Shown one piece after another: positions 26,410-36,214 of a stretch of DNA of 64,000 bases (within the stretch, counting starts at the first letter, position 1; each line of letters begins with the position of its first letter). The notes below the pieces were generated by a model. It was given only the letters and a program-made list of their open reading frames with translations, searched no databases and had not been told where the DNA came from. Position numbers and translations under genes: made by a program. Origin of the DNA: an uncultured Chloroflexia bacterium (GTDB lineage Bacteria > Chloroflexota > Limnocylindria > Limnocylindrales > CSP1-4); NCBI GenBank assembly GCA_963817095.1, contig CAWFND010000008.1, positions 32,107 through 96,106 on the forward strand, written 5' to 3'.

Positions 26410-27642
26410 TCAGCCCGGGAGCGCGATGACCTCGCGCGGGAACCGCGTCAGCCGCTCCACCCGCCCGGCGTCGGCATCGAGCAGGATGAGGTCCTCGATC
26501 CGGACGCCGGTCTCGCCCTCCAGGTAGATCCCCGGCTCGACCGAGAAGACCGTCGGGGACGGCAGCGGCGTGTCCAGCCCCTGCGCGCTGAGCGATGGCA
26601 GCTCGTGCGTCGCGAGGCCGATCCCGTGGCCGAGGCCGTGGCCGAATGCCGGCCATCGCCCATCGGCGTCGATCACCCGCTTCGACAGCTCGTGGAGGTC
26701 GCGACCAGACGGAAGTCGCAACTCGCCGTCCACGGTCGCCTCGATCTGCGCGATCACGGCCGCCTGGGACGTCGCGACCAGCTGGTAGACGTCAAGGTCC
26801 CGCGCCGCGGGCTCGCCCACGAACAGCGTCCGCGTCATGTCACTCCGATAGCCGTCCACCTGGGCGCCGAAGTCGAACAGGACGACCCGCCCGGCCGTCA
26901 CGGCGGCATCGGACGGCGACCCATGCGGCAGCGCGGCGTTCGGGCCGACGAGGCAGGTCGGATCGAAGGCGACGGCCTCCGCGCCGTCCGTCCGCATCCG
27001 CCACTCGAGGTCGAGCGCGAGGTCGTGCTCGGTGGCGCCCGGTCGCACGGATGGGAGCAGGCCGGCCAGCGCCCGATCGGCAACGGCGCAGGCCGCGGCA
27101 ACTCTCTCGAGCTCCGCCGGCTCCTTGATCGCTCGATCGGCCTCGATCCAGCCCTCGATCGGGACCAGCTCGACGTCCGGCGCCGCCGCCTCGAGCCTGC
27201 GCCATGTCGCATACGACAGGAGCGCGGCCTCGATGCCGACGCGTTGGGCGCCGACGGACTCGACGAGCTCCGCCCAGCCCGAAGCCAGGTCCCGCGGCCC
27301 GTTCACGATCCGCGCGTCCGGAGCCTCGGCCTTCGCCTGGATGACGTAACGCGAATCAGCCAGCAGGAGGACGGCGTCAGGGGCGAGGAGGAACTGCCCG
27401 GACGTGCCCGCGACCTTCTCCTCACCCTCGCCGAGCCGCAGCCCGGTCAGATATCGCGCGTGCTCGGGTCGGAGCCCGAAGTACGCGTCGATCCCGACCC
27501 CCTCGAACCTGGCCCGGAGCCGCTCGAGGCGGGCCGGACGGTCCGCATGGTCGGCTTCCTGCCAGCGCGCCCGATCCGCCGCGCTCGGCGGCTTCCCGAA
27601 GTCGGCCGGGGTGGGCAGACCGGGGATCGGCGCGGCGGTCAC
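26410..27642 (-). CDS. M24-family Xaa-Pro aminopeptidase/dipeptidase
   Basis: 410 aa from GTG 27642 (GTGA overlap with the mltG stop). Creatinase-like N-domain. Metal ligand motifs FDFGAQVDGYRSDMTRT, HGLGHGIGLATHE, EPGIYLEG. Confidence 0.85.
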   Translation of the reverse strand: MTAAPIPGLPTPADFGKPPSAADRARWQEADHADRPARLERLRARFEGVGIDAYFGLRPEHARYLTGLRLGEGEEKVAGTSGQFLLAPDAVLLLADSRYVIQAKAEAPDARIVNGPRDLASGWAELVESVGAQRVGIEAALLSYATWRRLEAAAPDVELVPIEGWIEADRAIKEPAELERVAAACAVADRALAGLLPSVRPGATEHDLALDLEWRMRTDGAEAVAFDPTCLVGPNAALPHGSPSDAAVTAGRVVLFDFGAQVDGYRSDMTRTLFVGEPAARDLDVYQLVATSQAAVIAQIEATVDGELRLPSGRDLHELSKRVIDADGRWPAFGHGLGHGIGLATHELPSLSAQGLDTPLPSPTVFSVEPGIYLEGETGVRIEDLILLDADAGRVERLTRFPREVIALPG

Positions 27643-29043
27643 GGCTTCTTCGGCGGGTACTTCCTGAGGTTGGCCTGGTGATCCTTGAGGTTCTTCGCGT
27701 AGACGATGTCCCCCGACGCGTCGTTCTTCGCGAGGAAATAGAGGAAGTGATCCTTGACGTTCGGCGCGAGAGCGGCGTCGATCGAGGCGATCGTCGGCGT
27801 GTCGATCGGGCCGGGGATCAGGCCGGTGTGCGTGTACGTGTTGTAGCCCGCGAGGTCGTCCGGCAGGTCCGCGGGGAGCTGGTCGCTCAGCGACGACCAG
27901 AAGCCCCACGTCTTCCACTTGGCGATGTCGAGCTTCGCGAGCTGGAGCGTGTCGTTGATGTAGAAGACGGTCGGGTCCGACCCGAGATGGCCGTTCGGGA
28001 AGAGCTTCGGGTCGAGCCGATTCATGAACACGCCGGCGATCAGCGGCCGGTCGGAGTCGTGGACGGCCTCCTTCTCGACCATCGAGGCGAGCGTCAGGGT
28101 CTCGTAGAACGACAGCTTCGAGCCGGCCGGCATCGTCATCCGGTCGCCGATCGCCTCGTGGAAGTTGTCGAGCATGTCCCGGATCAGCTCTTCGGCCGTC
28201 GTGTCGGGCAGGACCCGGTACGTCGCCGGCCACAGGAAGCCCTCCAGGGACGCGCCCTTCGGCAGGACCTCGTTGAGCCAGGGATAGTCGGCGAGGAGCT
28301 CGGGCGTCGGGTGCTTCGCGAGCTTGTAGAAGTCGGCCGGATCCATCTGCAGCCCATCGATCGTCTCGAGCTTCGCGGTGATCTGTTCGAGCCGGAGGCC
28401 GGTCCGGAGGGCGATGTCGACGGAGTGGACCTGCTCGGGCGCCAGCAGCGCCGTGACGAGCTGATCCGGGGTCATCGACTTGCGCAGGATGAACGACCCG
28501 GTCTGGAGCTGGCTGGTGAGGGCGCGCTGGGTCGCGATGAAGACGAACGCGCGTCGATCGGCGAGGAAGCCCTGATCCTGGAGCCGCCCAGCGATCGTCG
28601 TCGCGGTCTCGCCGTCGGCGACCGTGAATGCGAGCTGGGTCGTGTCGGTCGATGCGGGCTGGGTCAGCTTCGCGCCGAGGTCCTCGCGAACCAGGTCGGC
28701 GACGAACGGCATACCGAGGGCCGCCGGATTGTCGTCTGCCCAGCCCACGACCGCGTTGCGAACGACCGGGCCGAAGGACGGTGATGAGCGTCGCGAGGAC
28801 GATGCCGGCCAGGACCAGGGCGAAGACGAGGAACTTCACGATGCCCGGGACGCTGCGACGTCGCCGGTCGTTGCTCCAGCCGTTGTAGCCGCCGTTGCGC
28901 CCGCCCGAGCCGCCCGATGAGCCGCCGCCGGCCCCATGACTCTCCGGCTCGTACTGCGGCTGCCAGCCATCGTCGTAGGTCCCCCGTTCGGCCGGGTGCG
29001 TCTGCGTCGTCTCGCGCGCACGTCCGCCGGAGCGGATGGTCAT
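27639..29043 (-). pseudogene. mltG: endolytic murein transglycosylase MltG (YceG), frame broken by an apparent 1-nt insertion near 28770 (probably a sequence error)
   Basis: N-terminal cytoplasmic/TM part lies in the frame of track ORF 26410..29043 from ATG 29043 (...RRRRSVPGIVKFLVFALVLAGIVLATLITVLR). The YceG body is track ORF 27639..28748 (LASMVEKEA, NTYTHTGLIPGPI). Span 1405 nt = 3n+1. Confidence 0.85.
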
Positions 29044-29516
29044 TCAGTGTTCTCCGTGTTCGGCCCGCGCGCGGTAGCCCGGGCGTCGAGCTCGTCCTGC
29101 AGGATGATCGCCGCGGCCTCGCGATCGATCCGGGCCCGCCAGGCATCCCGCTGGGTTCGGGTGGGTGGTCCCCCGGACCGTCCTCGCTTCATCGGACCGA
29201 GCCGTTGCTCGGCGACGTGGCTGGTCAGTCGCTCGTCACGATACCGGACCGGCGCATTCCAGGCTGGCCGGACGCTTTCGACCCACGCCCTCGTGAGGGC
29301 GGCCTGGCTCCCCTCCCCGCCGGACATGTCGATCGGCAGGCCGACGACGACCTCGCCGACGTCGTGGTCGCGGACGAGTCGCGCGATGGCGGAGGCGTCG
29401 ACCGCAGGGTCGTCGGACCTCCGGAGCGTGGTGAGCGGCATCGCCCGTCCGTCGGCGTCGGCGATCGCGACACCGATCCGGCGTTCGCCCACATCCAGCC
29501 CGAGGAGACGGCTCAC
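29040..29516 (-). CDS. ruvX: Holliday junction resolvase-like nuclease RuvX (YqgF)
   Basis: 158 aa from GTG 29516. LLGLDVGERRIGVAIAD N-terminus, VVGLPIDMSGGEG, DERLTS. The stop overlaps the mltG ATG (ATGA). Confidence 0.85.
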   Translation of the reverse strand: MSRLLGLDVGERRIGVAIADADGRAMPLTTLRRSDDPAVDASAIARLVRDHDVGEVVVGLPIDMSGGEGSQAALTRAWVESVRPAWNAPVRYRDERLTSHVAEQRLGPMKRGRSGGPPTRTQRDAWRARIDREAAAIILQDELDARATARGPNTENTE

Positions 29517-31399
29517 GGCACGGCCGGGGCGGACGCGCGCGGTGCCGATGCATGGGGCGAGGTGGTCCGGGGCGGCGTCGAGGTGGGACGAGCGGATCCG
29601 CCGCCCGGCGATGGGGAGCCGGACGGAGCGGTGGTCGCGTCGTTGACGCTGAGATCGAGCCGGGGGTCGATCCCCGTCACGGTCGAGACCCAGTCCGGCC
29701 ACAGGGTGACGTTGACATCGCCGTACGGCGCGAGGGCCGCCTCGACCTCGGCCTTCGTCTTGCCCTTGACGAGCGCCCGGAGCGCGTTCGCGTCGACGAT
29801 CGGCACCCGGGAGGCACGGGCCGTCGCCTCGAACGTGACCTGACCGTCCTCGCCGACCGTCCCCTGCCCCACCTCGATGTCGATCGAGCCATCGACGAGG
29901 CGATGGTCGGCACCGACCTTGCCTTGGAGCTGCTGCTCGGCGATCTGGCGGACCGGTCGCGGGTCGACCGCGATGACGGTGCCGGACGCGGACAGCGAGA
30001 GGTCGTAGGACGAGACGGCCTGCCCGACCAGGGTCTTCGGATCCGGCGCGGGCGTCGCCGGTCCGAGCACGGCGGTCTCCGGAAACAGCGTCGTATCGGC
30101 GGGCGCACCGGCTCCCGACGCGATCGCATCGTTGAAGTTCTTCGTGAGCTCGACCTGGAGCACCGCCAGGGCCTTGTCGACCTCGGCCTGCGACACCTGC
30201 GGCGACTCGGTTCGCGTGCCACCGTCGGTCGGGTTCCCGTTGTTGACGCTGACCAGGTTCGGGTCCTCGCCCTGCGGCACGATGCGGATCGCGTTGGCCG
30301 GCACGTTCCCGACCGTCCCCGCCCGGACGGATGTCACGGCCACGGCTCGTTTCGTCGGGACAATCGTCACGCCGAGACGCGTCGCCGCCGGCAGGAACAC
30401 GCTGCTCTGCGTCCTGAACTGGACCCCGTTCTCGGTGGCGACGATGCTGGCAGACGGGATCGTGTTCGGCGCCGTGAAGTCGAAGTTGGTGAACGTGACC
30501 TGCCCGCTCGCAACGGTCTGCTCGACATGCACGCCCGTGGTGGTGAACGTCTGGCTCGCCTCCACCGGGACGTCGAGGCGGACCGCCGGCACCACCCCGG
30601 TGGATGGGTCGACGGCGGTCGCATCCGGATCTGCGGAGACCGTGAGATCGACCGAGATCGGCTCACGGCGCGGCGTCACCGCGATCGAGGCGGACGGCAG
30701 CAACAGGTAGGCGCCGACCGCAAGAACCACGACCCCGAGGCCGATCAGGGCAGCGGCCACGATCAGCGGCGTCCGGGTTCGCCCGCCGGCATCGTCGTCG
30801 CTTCGTTCGGCGACCCGCGGCGGTGCGGGAGCGGGCGTCCGCCCGGTGTCCGCGGGGACGCCCGGCGCTCGCCCAGGCTGCGCCGTGGCCGCTGCCGTCG
30901 CCGCCAGGGGCACGGCCAGCCGCGTCGTGTCATCGGGTACGGCTCGGGCCGAACCCGCGGCAGCGGCCGCGGGACCCGTGGACGGCGTCGGCGATGTCGC
31001 CGGAGGCTCCGGAGCGGCCGGGCCGACAGCCGCCACGGTCTCACTCGCCGCGAGCGTCCCCGCAGCCGCCGCCGTTGCCGCGGATCGTCCGCGCCCGTCG
31101 TCTGTCGGGCGGTCGCCGCCGGACTGCACCGCTCCTTCGTACTCGGCGACGCTGGCGAACACCGGCAGTCCCGCCGACGCGGCAAGCGACCGCGATGCGG
31201 CGTCGCCCGAGATGATCGACAGGCGTCGGTTGCTGACCAGCGCCTCCCGCGAGAGGAGCCGGAAGTTCATCCGCGACGTCGCGATCCGGGAGCCGTACGG
31301 GACGACGAGCGCGACCTTCGTCGCGGCCGAGGAGCGGATCCGCTGCGCCGCCGACGTGATCTCGTCGTCGACGTCGAGATAGACGATGCCCGCTGCCAT
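29513..31399 (-). CDS. bitopic membrane protein: small cytoplasmic N-domain, Ala/Pro/Thr-rich linker, one TM helix, beta-rich ectodomain with baseplate-J-like motifs
   Basis: 628 aa from ATG 31399; the track ORF allows an earlier ATG at 31561 but rare codons precede 31399. TM helix PLIVAAALIGLGVVVLAVGAYLLL. Ectodomain segment GQVTFTNFDFTAPNTIPSASIVATENGVQFRT resembles the baseplate J/gp47 pattern. The stop overlaps the ruvX GTG. Confidence 0.6.
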   Translation of the reverse strand: MAAGIVYLDVDDEITSAAQRIRSSAATKVALVVPYGSRIATSRMNFRLLSREALVSNRRLSIISGDAASRSLAASAGLPVFASVAEYEGAVQSGGDRPTDDGRGRSAATAAAAGTLAASETVAAVGPAAPEPPATSPTPSTGPAAAAAGSARAVPDDTTRLAVPLAATAAATAQPGRAPGVPADTGRTPAPAPPRVAERSDDDAGGRTRTPLIVAAALIGLGVVVLAVGAYLLLPSASIAVTPRREPISVDLTVSADPDATAVDPSTGVVPAVRLDVPVEASQTFTTTGVHVEQTVASGQVTFTNFDFTAPNTIPSASIVATENGVQFRTQSSVFLPAATRLGVTIVPTKRAVAVTSVRAGTVGNVPANAIRIVPQGEDPNLVSVNNGNPTDGGTRTESPQVSQAEVDKALAVLQVELTKNFNDAIASGAGAPADTTLFPETAVLGPATPAPDPKTLVGQAVSSYDLSLSASGTVIAVDPRPVRQIAEQQLQGKVGADHRLVDGSIDIEVGQGTVGEDGQVTFEATARASRVPIVDANALRALVKGKTKAEVEAALAPYGDVNVTLWPDWVSTVTGIDPRLDLSVNDATTAPSGSPSPGGGSARPTSTPPRTTSPHASAPRASAPAVP

Positions 31400-31586
31400 G
31401 CGGTCGAAGCCTAGACCTTGGCCGCCGGCCGCGCGCCGCAGGTCGCCGCTGAGGCGAGGCCAGCGCAAGGCCGATCCGAGCACGTGATCGAGCGCATGTC
31501 CATGCGTGAGCGAGCGCGCGAAGGATCGAACGCCGCGATGGTCCGCATCGGCGAGCGACATGTGGTGCGTGGTCCGGCGGCCAAGG

Positions 31587-32849
31587 TCAAACCTTCATCG
31601 CGCGGAGAACGCGCCTGAGGGCGGCATCGAGCGGGTCTTCGGTCGTCTGCAGCTCGATCGCCTGGTAGGCCAGCCCGAGCGGCGTGACGTCCTGCTGGTC
31701 GACGAGGAGGTCGGTCGCGTCCGAGATCGTCTCGATCTGGTCCGGAGCCATGACGACGACCTCCGGCGGGCGGGCGAACGACAGGCGCTTCCAGAATCGC
31801 TCGGCCCTGAGCGCGGCCTCGATCTCCGGCAGCCGCGAGCCGCCGCCGCAGATGTAGATCCGGCCGGGCAGCAGGTCGCCCCCGCCGAGCTCTTCCATCA
31901 CCAGCTCGACGCCGGCCGCCCAGACCTCCACGTCCTCTCCGACGATCTTCGCGATCTCGTCGTGTCGATCGACCGGGAGGCCGCGGGCGTAGTCGACCTT
32001 GGCGGCCTCGGCGCGCGGGAACGGCAGGTCCAGCCGGTCCGCCAGGCTCTTCGTGAACGCCCGGCCGCCGAGCGCGAACATCCGCGTTCCCTCGATGCCG
32101 CCCTGTCGGACGAGGGCCACGTCGGTCGTTCCGCCGCCGACGTCGACGAACAGGGCGCCGGCCTGGCGGACCTGGTCCGCGCCGAGGACGCGAGCCACCG
32201 CGTACGGCTCGGCGACGATCTCGAGCAGCTCGAGGTCGAGCTGCGACGCGACGGTCTGGAGCGCACCGAGGTGGACGAGCGGGGCGAAGGCGTTGAAGAT
32301 CCCGATCTTCACGTGGCGCCCCTGGAACCCGACGGGATTCGTCAGGGCGTAGCCGTCGATGGAGGCGCCGACGATCGCCGCGTGGACGAGGCGGACGTCG
32401 ACGTTCGGCAGACCCGTCTCCCACGTGATCGATCGTTCGGCCTCGCGGAGGGCCTCCCGCTGGACGGTGTCGATCAGCTTCTGGAGCTCGGCCTCCGTGA
32501 TCGGCTGGTCGGGGCGCTTGCGCTCGTGCGCATGGTTCGTCGTGAAGCCCTTCACGAGCTCGCCGGCGATCCCGATCACCACCTGGCTCGGGCGGAAGCC
32601 GGCCATCTCCTCGGCCTCCTGGAGCGCCACGGAGCAGTTGTCGACGACCGCGGAGATGTCCGCGACCGTCCCGGACGACATGTGGCTGAGGCCCTGCCGC
32701 TTGCGGCCGACGCCGCGGACCGTGCCGTGGCCGTCGTCGCCGATCTCGAAGACGAGCGCCTTCGCGAACTCGGTGCCGATGTCGAGGGCGGTGCAGGCGG
32801 CGAGGCCATCGGCCTCGTCGCGTTGCCAGATCCGGCGGAGGAAGGCCAC
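31587..32849 (-). CDS. FtsA-like actin-fold ATPase (cell division protein FtsA family)
   Basis: 420 aa, GTG start 2 nt after the alaS stop. ALDIGTEFAKALVFE phosphate-1 motif, VDVGGGTTDVAL phosphate-2 motif, YICGGGSRLP adenosine motif. Possible C-terminal amphipathic helix DAALRRVLRAMKV. Confidence 0.78.
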   Translation of the reverse strand: MAFLRRIWQRDEADGLAACTALDIGTEFAKALVFEIGDDGHGTVRGVGRKRQGLSHMSSGTVADISAVVDNCSVALQEAEEMAGFRPSQVVIGIAGELVKGFTTNHAHERKRPDQPITEAELQKLIDTVQREALREAERSITWETGLPNVDVRLVHAAIVGASIDGYALTNPVGFQGRHVKIGIFNAFAPLVHLGALQTVASQLDLELLEIVAEPYAVARVLGADQVRQAGALFVDVGGGTTDVALVRQGGIEGTRMFALGGRAFTKSLADRLDLPFPRAEAAKVDYARGLPVDRHDEIAKIVGEDVEVWAAGVELVMEELGGGDLLPGRIYICGGGSRLPEIEAALRAERFWKRLSFARPPEVVVMAPDQIETISDATDLLVDQQDVTPLGLAYQAIELQTTEDPLDAALRRVLRAMKV

Positions 32850-32851
32850 CG

Positions 32852-35611
32852 CTACGCCGCGGTGGTCAACCGGGATCGGACCGAATCCAGGGCTGCGCCG
32901 AGGCCCTCGCGTCGGGCTCCCTTGCCCTGGGCCATCTCGGGTCGCCCGCCCCCCTTGCCGTCGATGGCGCCGATCGCCTCGCGGACCAGGTCGCCCGCCG
33001 CGATGCCGCGGGCCACGAGGTCGTCGCTGACCGTGACGAACAGCTGCGGCTCAGCGCCGTCGAGACCGAGGGCGATGACCCCGGACCCGAGCACGCCGCG
33101 CAGGTCCCTGGCGACACCCTTCATCTCGTCGATCGACGCGTAGGGCCCGGCGAAGGCCACGAGTCGGACCCCGGGCGCGACCTCTTCGGCGCGGGTCGCC
33201 AGCTCACCGGGCTTCGGCAGGCCGCCGCCCGCCGCGCCGCCCGCCTTGAGCCGGCGGCGCGTCTCGCGGAGCTCGTCCTGAAGCGTCCGGATCCGGTCCG
33301 GGAGCTGTTCCGGCGTCTGGGCGCCCGCGGTCTCGGTCGCGTCCAGCAGGAGGTCGGAGCGAGCCCGGAGATACGCGTCCGCCCCGGCGCCGGTCAGCGC
33401 CTCGATCCGGCGCATCCCCGAGCCGATGCTCCGCTCGCCCGTGATGACGAACGACCCGATCTGGCCGGACGCCCGGCAGTGGGTCCCGCCGCACAGCTCG
33501 TGACTGTAGCCGTCGACGCGGACAGTCCGGACCGTCTCGCCGTACTTCTCGTCGAAGAACGCGTCGGCGCCGGCGTCGATCGCTTCCTGCATCGACATGA
33601 AGCTCGGCGTGACCGTCCGATCGTCCCGGACGACGGCGCGGACCTCGTCCTCGATTGCCCGCAGCTCGTCGGTCGTCAACGCCCGGTCGAGCGGGAAGTC
33701 GAAGCGGAGGTAGTCCGGCGTCACGAGAGAGCCCGCCTGCCGCGCCGCCTCGCCGACGACATTCCGGAGCGCCCGGTGCAGGAGGTGCGTGCCCGTGTGA
33801 TTGCGCATCGTGTGGGCACGTCGCTCGGCATCGACGACCGCGTCCACCGTCTCGCCGACCCGCAGCCGGCCGTGGAGGGTGCCGCGCAGGATGATCAGCC
33901 CGCCGACCGGCTTCTGGGCGTCCTCGACGGCGAACAGCGACGAGCCGCCGCCCGCCTCGCGCAGCTCGCCGCGGTCGCCGACCTGCCCGCCGCCCTCTGC
34001 GTAGAACGGCGATCGGTCGAGAACCACCTCCGCGGCGCCCTGGCCCGTCAGCTCGTCGAACTCCATCCCGTCCCGGACGATCGCGACGACACGACCCTCG
34101 GCAGTCGTCGTCTCGTAGCCGAGGAACGTCGTGTCGCCGCCGCGCGCCTGGATCGCCTGGTAGAGCGACGTGAGCTCGGCATGCTTCGCGAGCTCGGCCT
34201 TCTTGCCGGAGCGGCTCCGTTCGCGCTGCTTCGCCAGGGCGCTCTCGAAGCCTTCCCGTTCGACCGCGACGCCGTGCTCCGCGGCGAGCTCGACGGTGAG
34301 ATCGATCGGGAACCCGAAGGTGTCGTGGAGGCGGAAGGCGAGCTCGCCGGGCAGGCGCGGAGCGTCCGCGGGCAGCGTCTCGGGACGCCGGCCGATGACC
34401 CGCTCGGCGTCGGGCGCGAGGCCGGTCAGGGCCCCTTCGAGCTGGGCCGTCCCGGCGTCGAGCGTCCGGGCGAACTGCGCCTCCTCGCGCTCGATGGCCG
34501 CGAGGACCACCCCCTGGCGCTCGACCAGGTGCGGATAGGCCTCCTTCATGATCTCGATCACGACGATGCCGAGCTCCGCCATGAACGGCTCGCGGCGGCC
34601 GAGGATCCGGCCGTGGCGAACCGCCCGGCGGAGGACCCGCCGGAGGACGTAGCCGCGGCCCTCGTTCGCGGGCAGCACGCCATCGGCGATCAGGAAGACG
34701 ACGGCGCGGGCGTGGTCCGCGATCACCTGGTAGCTGAAGCGCTCTGCCTCGAACGCGTCGGGATCGTGGCCCATCAGCTCGCGCATCCGGACGTGGATCG
34801 GCACGAACAGGTCCGTGTCGAAGTTGCTCGGCACCTGCTGGCTGACGCTGGCGAGCCGCTCCAGGCTCATCCCGGTGTCGACGCTCGTGAACGGCAGCGG
34901 CACGCGGCCGTCCGGCCGCTGGTCGAACTCCATGAAGACAAGGTTCCAGACCTCGAGCCAGCGGGGGCAGTTCTCGGAGTGGTCCGGGATGCACTCGGGA
35001 CCCTCCGACAGGTCCGCCCCGCGATCGAAATGGATCTCGCTGCAGGGGCCGCACGGCCCGGTGTCCGCCATGCGCCAGAAGTTGCTGTCGTCGCCGGCGT
35101 CGACGTCGCCCCAGATCGCCATCCGCTCCGGCGGCAGCCCGATCTCGTCGCGCCAGACCTGGCGGGCGACCTCGTCGTCCTTGTAGGTCGTGGCCGCGAG
35201 GCGCTCGGGCGGGATGCCCATCGTGCGGGTCAGGAAGTCCCAGGCGAAGTGGATGGCCTCGCGCTTGAAGTAGTCGCCGAAGCTCCAGTTCCCCAGCATC
35301 TCGAAGAACGTGTTGTGGCGTGTCGTCCGGCCGACCTCCTCGAAGTCGTTGTGCTTGCCCGCGACGCGCAGGACGCGCTGGTAGTCGACCGCCCGGGTGT
35401 AGTCGCGCTTCTCGACCCCCGTCAGGACGTCCTTGAACTGGACCATCCCCGAGTTCGTGAAGAGGAGCGTCTGGTCGCCGGCCGGGACGAGGCTGGCGCT
35501 CGGGACCGCGGTGTGGCCGCGCTCCTCGAAGAACTCGACGAAGCGCCGCCGGATCTCCGCGGCGGGCAGCGGCGTGATCCGCGGATCGTGCTCGGTGACG
35601 GGGGTCGGCAT
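32852..35611 (-). CDS. alaS: alanine--tRNA ligase
   Basis: 919 aa from ATG 35611; the track ORF starts at TTG 35620. FTNSGMVQFK, WNLVFMEFD, editing-domain HTGTHLLH, C-terminal DHHA1-like domain. Confidence 0.95.
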   Translation of the reverse strand: MPTPVTEHDPRITPLPAAEIRRRFVEFFEERGHTAVPSASLVPAGDQTLLFTNSGMVQFKDVLTGVEKRDYTRAVDYQRVLRVAGKHNDFEEVGRTTRHNTFFEMLGNWSFGDYFKREAIHFAWDFLTRTMGIPPERLAATTYKDDEVARQVWRDEIGLPPERMAIWGDVDAGDDSNFWRMADTGPCGPCSEIHFDRGADLSEGPECIPDHSENCPRWLEVWNLVFMEFDQRPDGRVPLPFTSVDTGMSLERLASVSQQVPSNFDTDLFVPIHVRMRELMGHDPDAFEAERFSYQVIADHARAVVFLIADGVLPANEGRGYVLRRVLRRAVRHGRILGRREPFMAELGIVVIEIMKEAYPHLVERQGVVLAAIEREEAQFARTLDAGTAQLEGALTGLAPDAERVIGRRPETLPADAPRLPGELAFRLHDTFGFPIDLTVELAAEHGVAVEREGFESALAKQRERSRSGKKAELAKHAELTSLYQAIQARGGDTTFLGYETTTAEGRVVAIVRDGMEFDELTGQGAAEVVLDRSPFYAEGGGQVGDRGELREAGGGSSLFAVEDAQKPVGGLIILRGTLHGRLRVGETVDAVVDAERRAHTMRNHTGTHLLHRALRNVVGEAARQAGSLVTPDYLRFDFPLDRALTTDELRAIEDEVRAVVRDDRTVTPSFMSMQEAIDAGADAFFDEKYGETVRTVRVDGYSHELCGGTHCRASGQIGSFVITGERSIGSGMRRIEALTGAGADAYLRARSDLLLDATETAGAQTPEQLPDRIRTLQDELRETRRRLKAGGAAGGGLPKPGELATRAEEVAPGVRLVAFAGPYASIDEMKGVARDLRGVLGSGVIALGLDGAEPQLFVTVSDDLVARGIAAGDLVREAIGAIDGKGGGRPEMAQGKGARREGLGAALDSVRSRLTTAA

Positions 35612-35619
35612 CGGCGGCA

Positions 35620-35625
35620 ATGGTA
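35620..35625 (-). promoter_or_regulatory. putative -10 hexamer TACCAT, 8 nt upstream of the alaS ATG (leaderless-type promoter)
   Basis: Plus strand reads atggta. No SD adjacent to ATG 35611. Confidence 0.3.
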
Positions 35626-35678
35626 CCGAACGCCGGGTCCTCTCCCGAGTCCGCCGATCGCTCAGCCGCGAGCTGCGT

Positions 35679-35933
35679 TCAGATGCCGGGCGACTCCGGG
35701 TTCACCGCATCGCCTTCGCCGGCCGTCGATTGCTCGCTGCCTGACTGCTCCGCCGCCCGTGCCTGGCGGCGCTGCCAGATCGTCGAGCCGGCGATCGCGG
35801 CTCCGACAAGCGCGCCGATCGCGAGCCCACGGGCGAACGTCGAGGCGCGGAGGTCGCGCTCGGCCGGGTCGGACCCGCCGGTGACCGCGCGGATCACCGA
35901 CTCGATGCCGGGCGGGACGCGCGGCTCGCTCAT
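35679..35933 (-). CDS. small hypothetical membrane protein (84 aa)
   Basis: ATG 35933 overlaps the upstream stop (ATGA). One hydrophobic helix FARGLAIGALVGAAIAGSTIW followed by a polar tail. Confidence 0.45.
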   Translation of the reverse strand: MSEPRVPPGIESVIRAVTGGSDPAERDLRASTFARGLAIGALVGAAIAGSTIWQRRQARAAEQSGSEQSTAGEGDAVNPESPGI

Positions 35934-36214
35934 GACCCGGCCTTCGAGCGGCGGGTTGGTCCGAGGACCGCGACGAGCGACACGACCCCGATCCCGACCC
36001 ACGCCATGATGGACGCCGCCAGCAGGTGGAAGTCGCCGATCTGGAGCAGGCTCACCCCGAGCCGGGCACCGATCGCGTCGCCCGCCCATGCCCCGAGGAA
36101 CGCCGCGATCACGAGGAGCGGCAGCTGGCCACCCGCCGAGCCGCGGATCAGGACAAACAGCCCGGTGTGGAAGATCCCGACGAGGAGGGCCAGGACCGGC
36201 GCCGGCCCGATCAC
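35930..36214 (-). CDS. small hypothetical polytopic membrane protein (94 aa)
   Basis: GTG 36214 overlaps the mnmA stop (GTGA). Three hydrophobic segments: [56 protein letters not shown]. Confidence 0.5.
   Translation of the reverse strand: MIGPAPVLALLVGIFHTGLFVLIRGSAGGQLPLLVIAAFLGAWAGDAIGARLGVSLLQIGDFHLLAASIMAWVGIGVVSLVAVLGPTRRSKAGS

Noticed and set aside
31400-31561. Longer N-terminal extension (ATG 31561) for the bitopic membrane protein
   Set aside because: The 54 extra codons include several codons that are rare for this sequence (CAA, GGT, CTA, GGA) and encode no recognisable element. ATG 31399 begins the conserved-looking compact domain. This remains uncertain.
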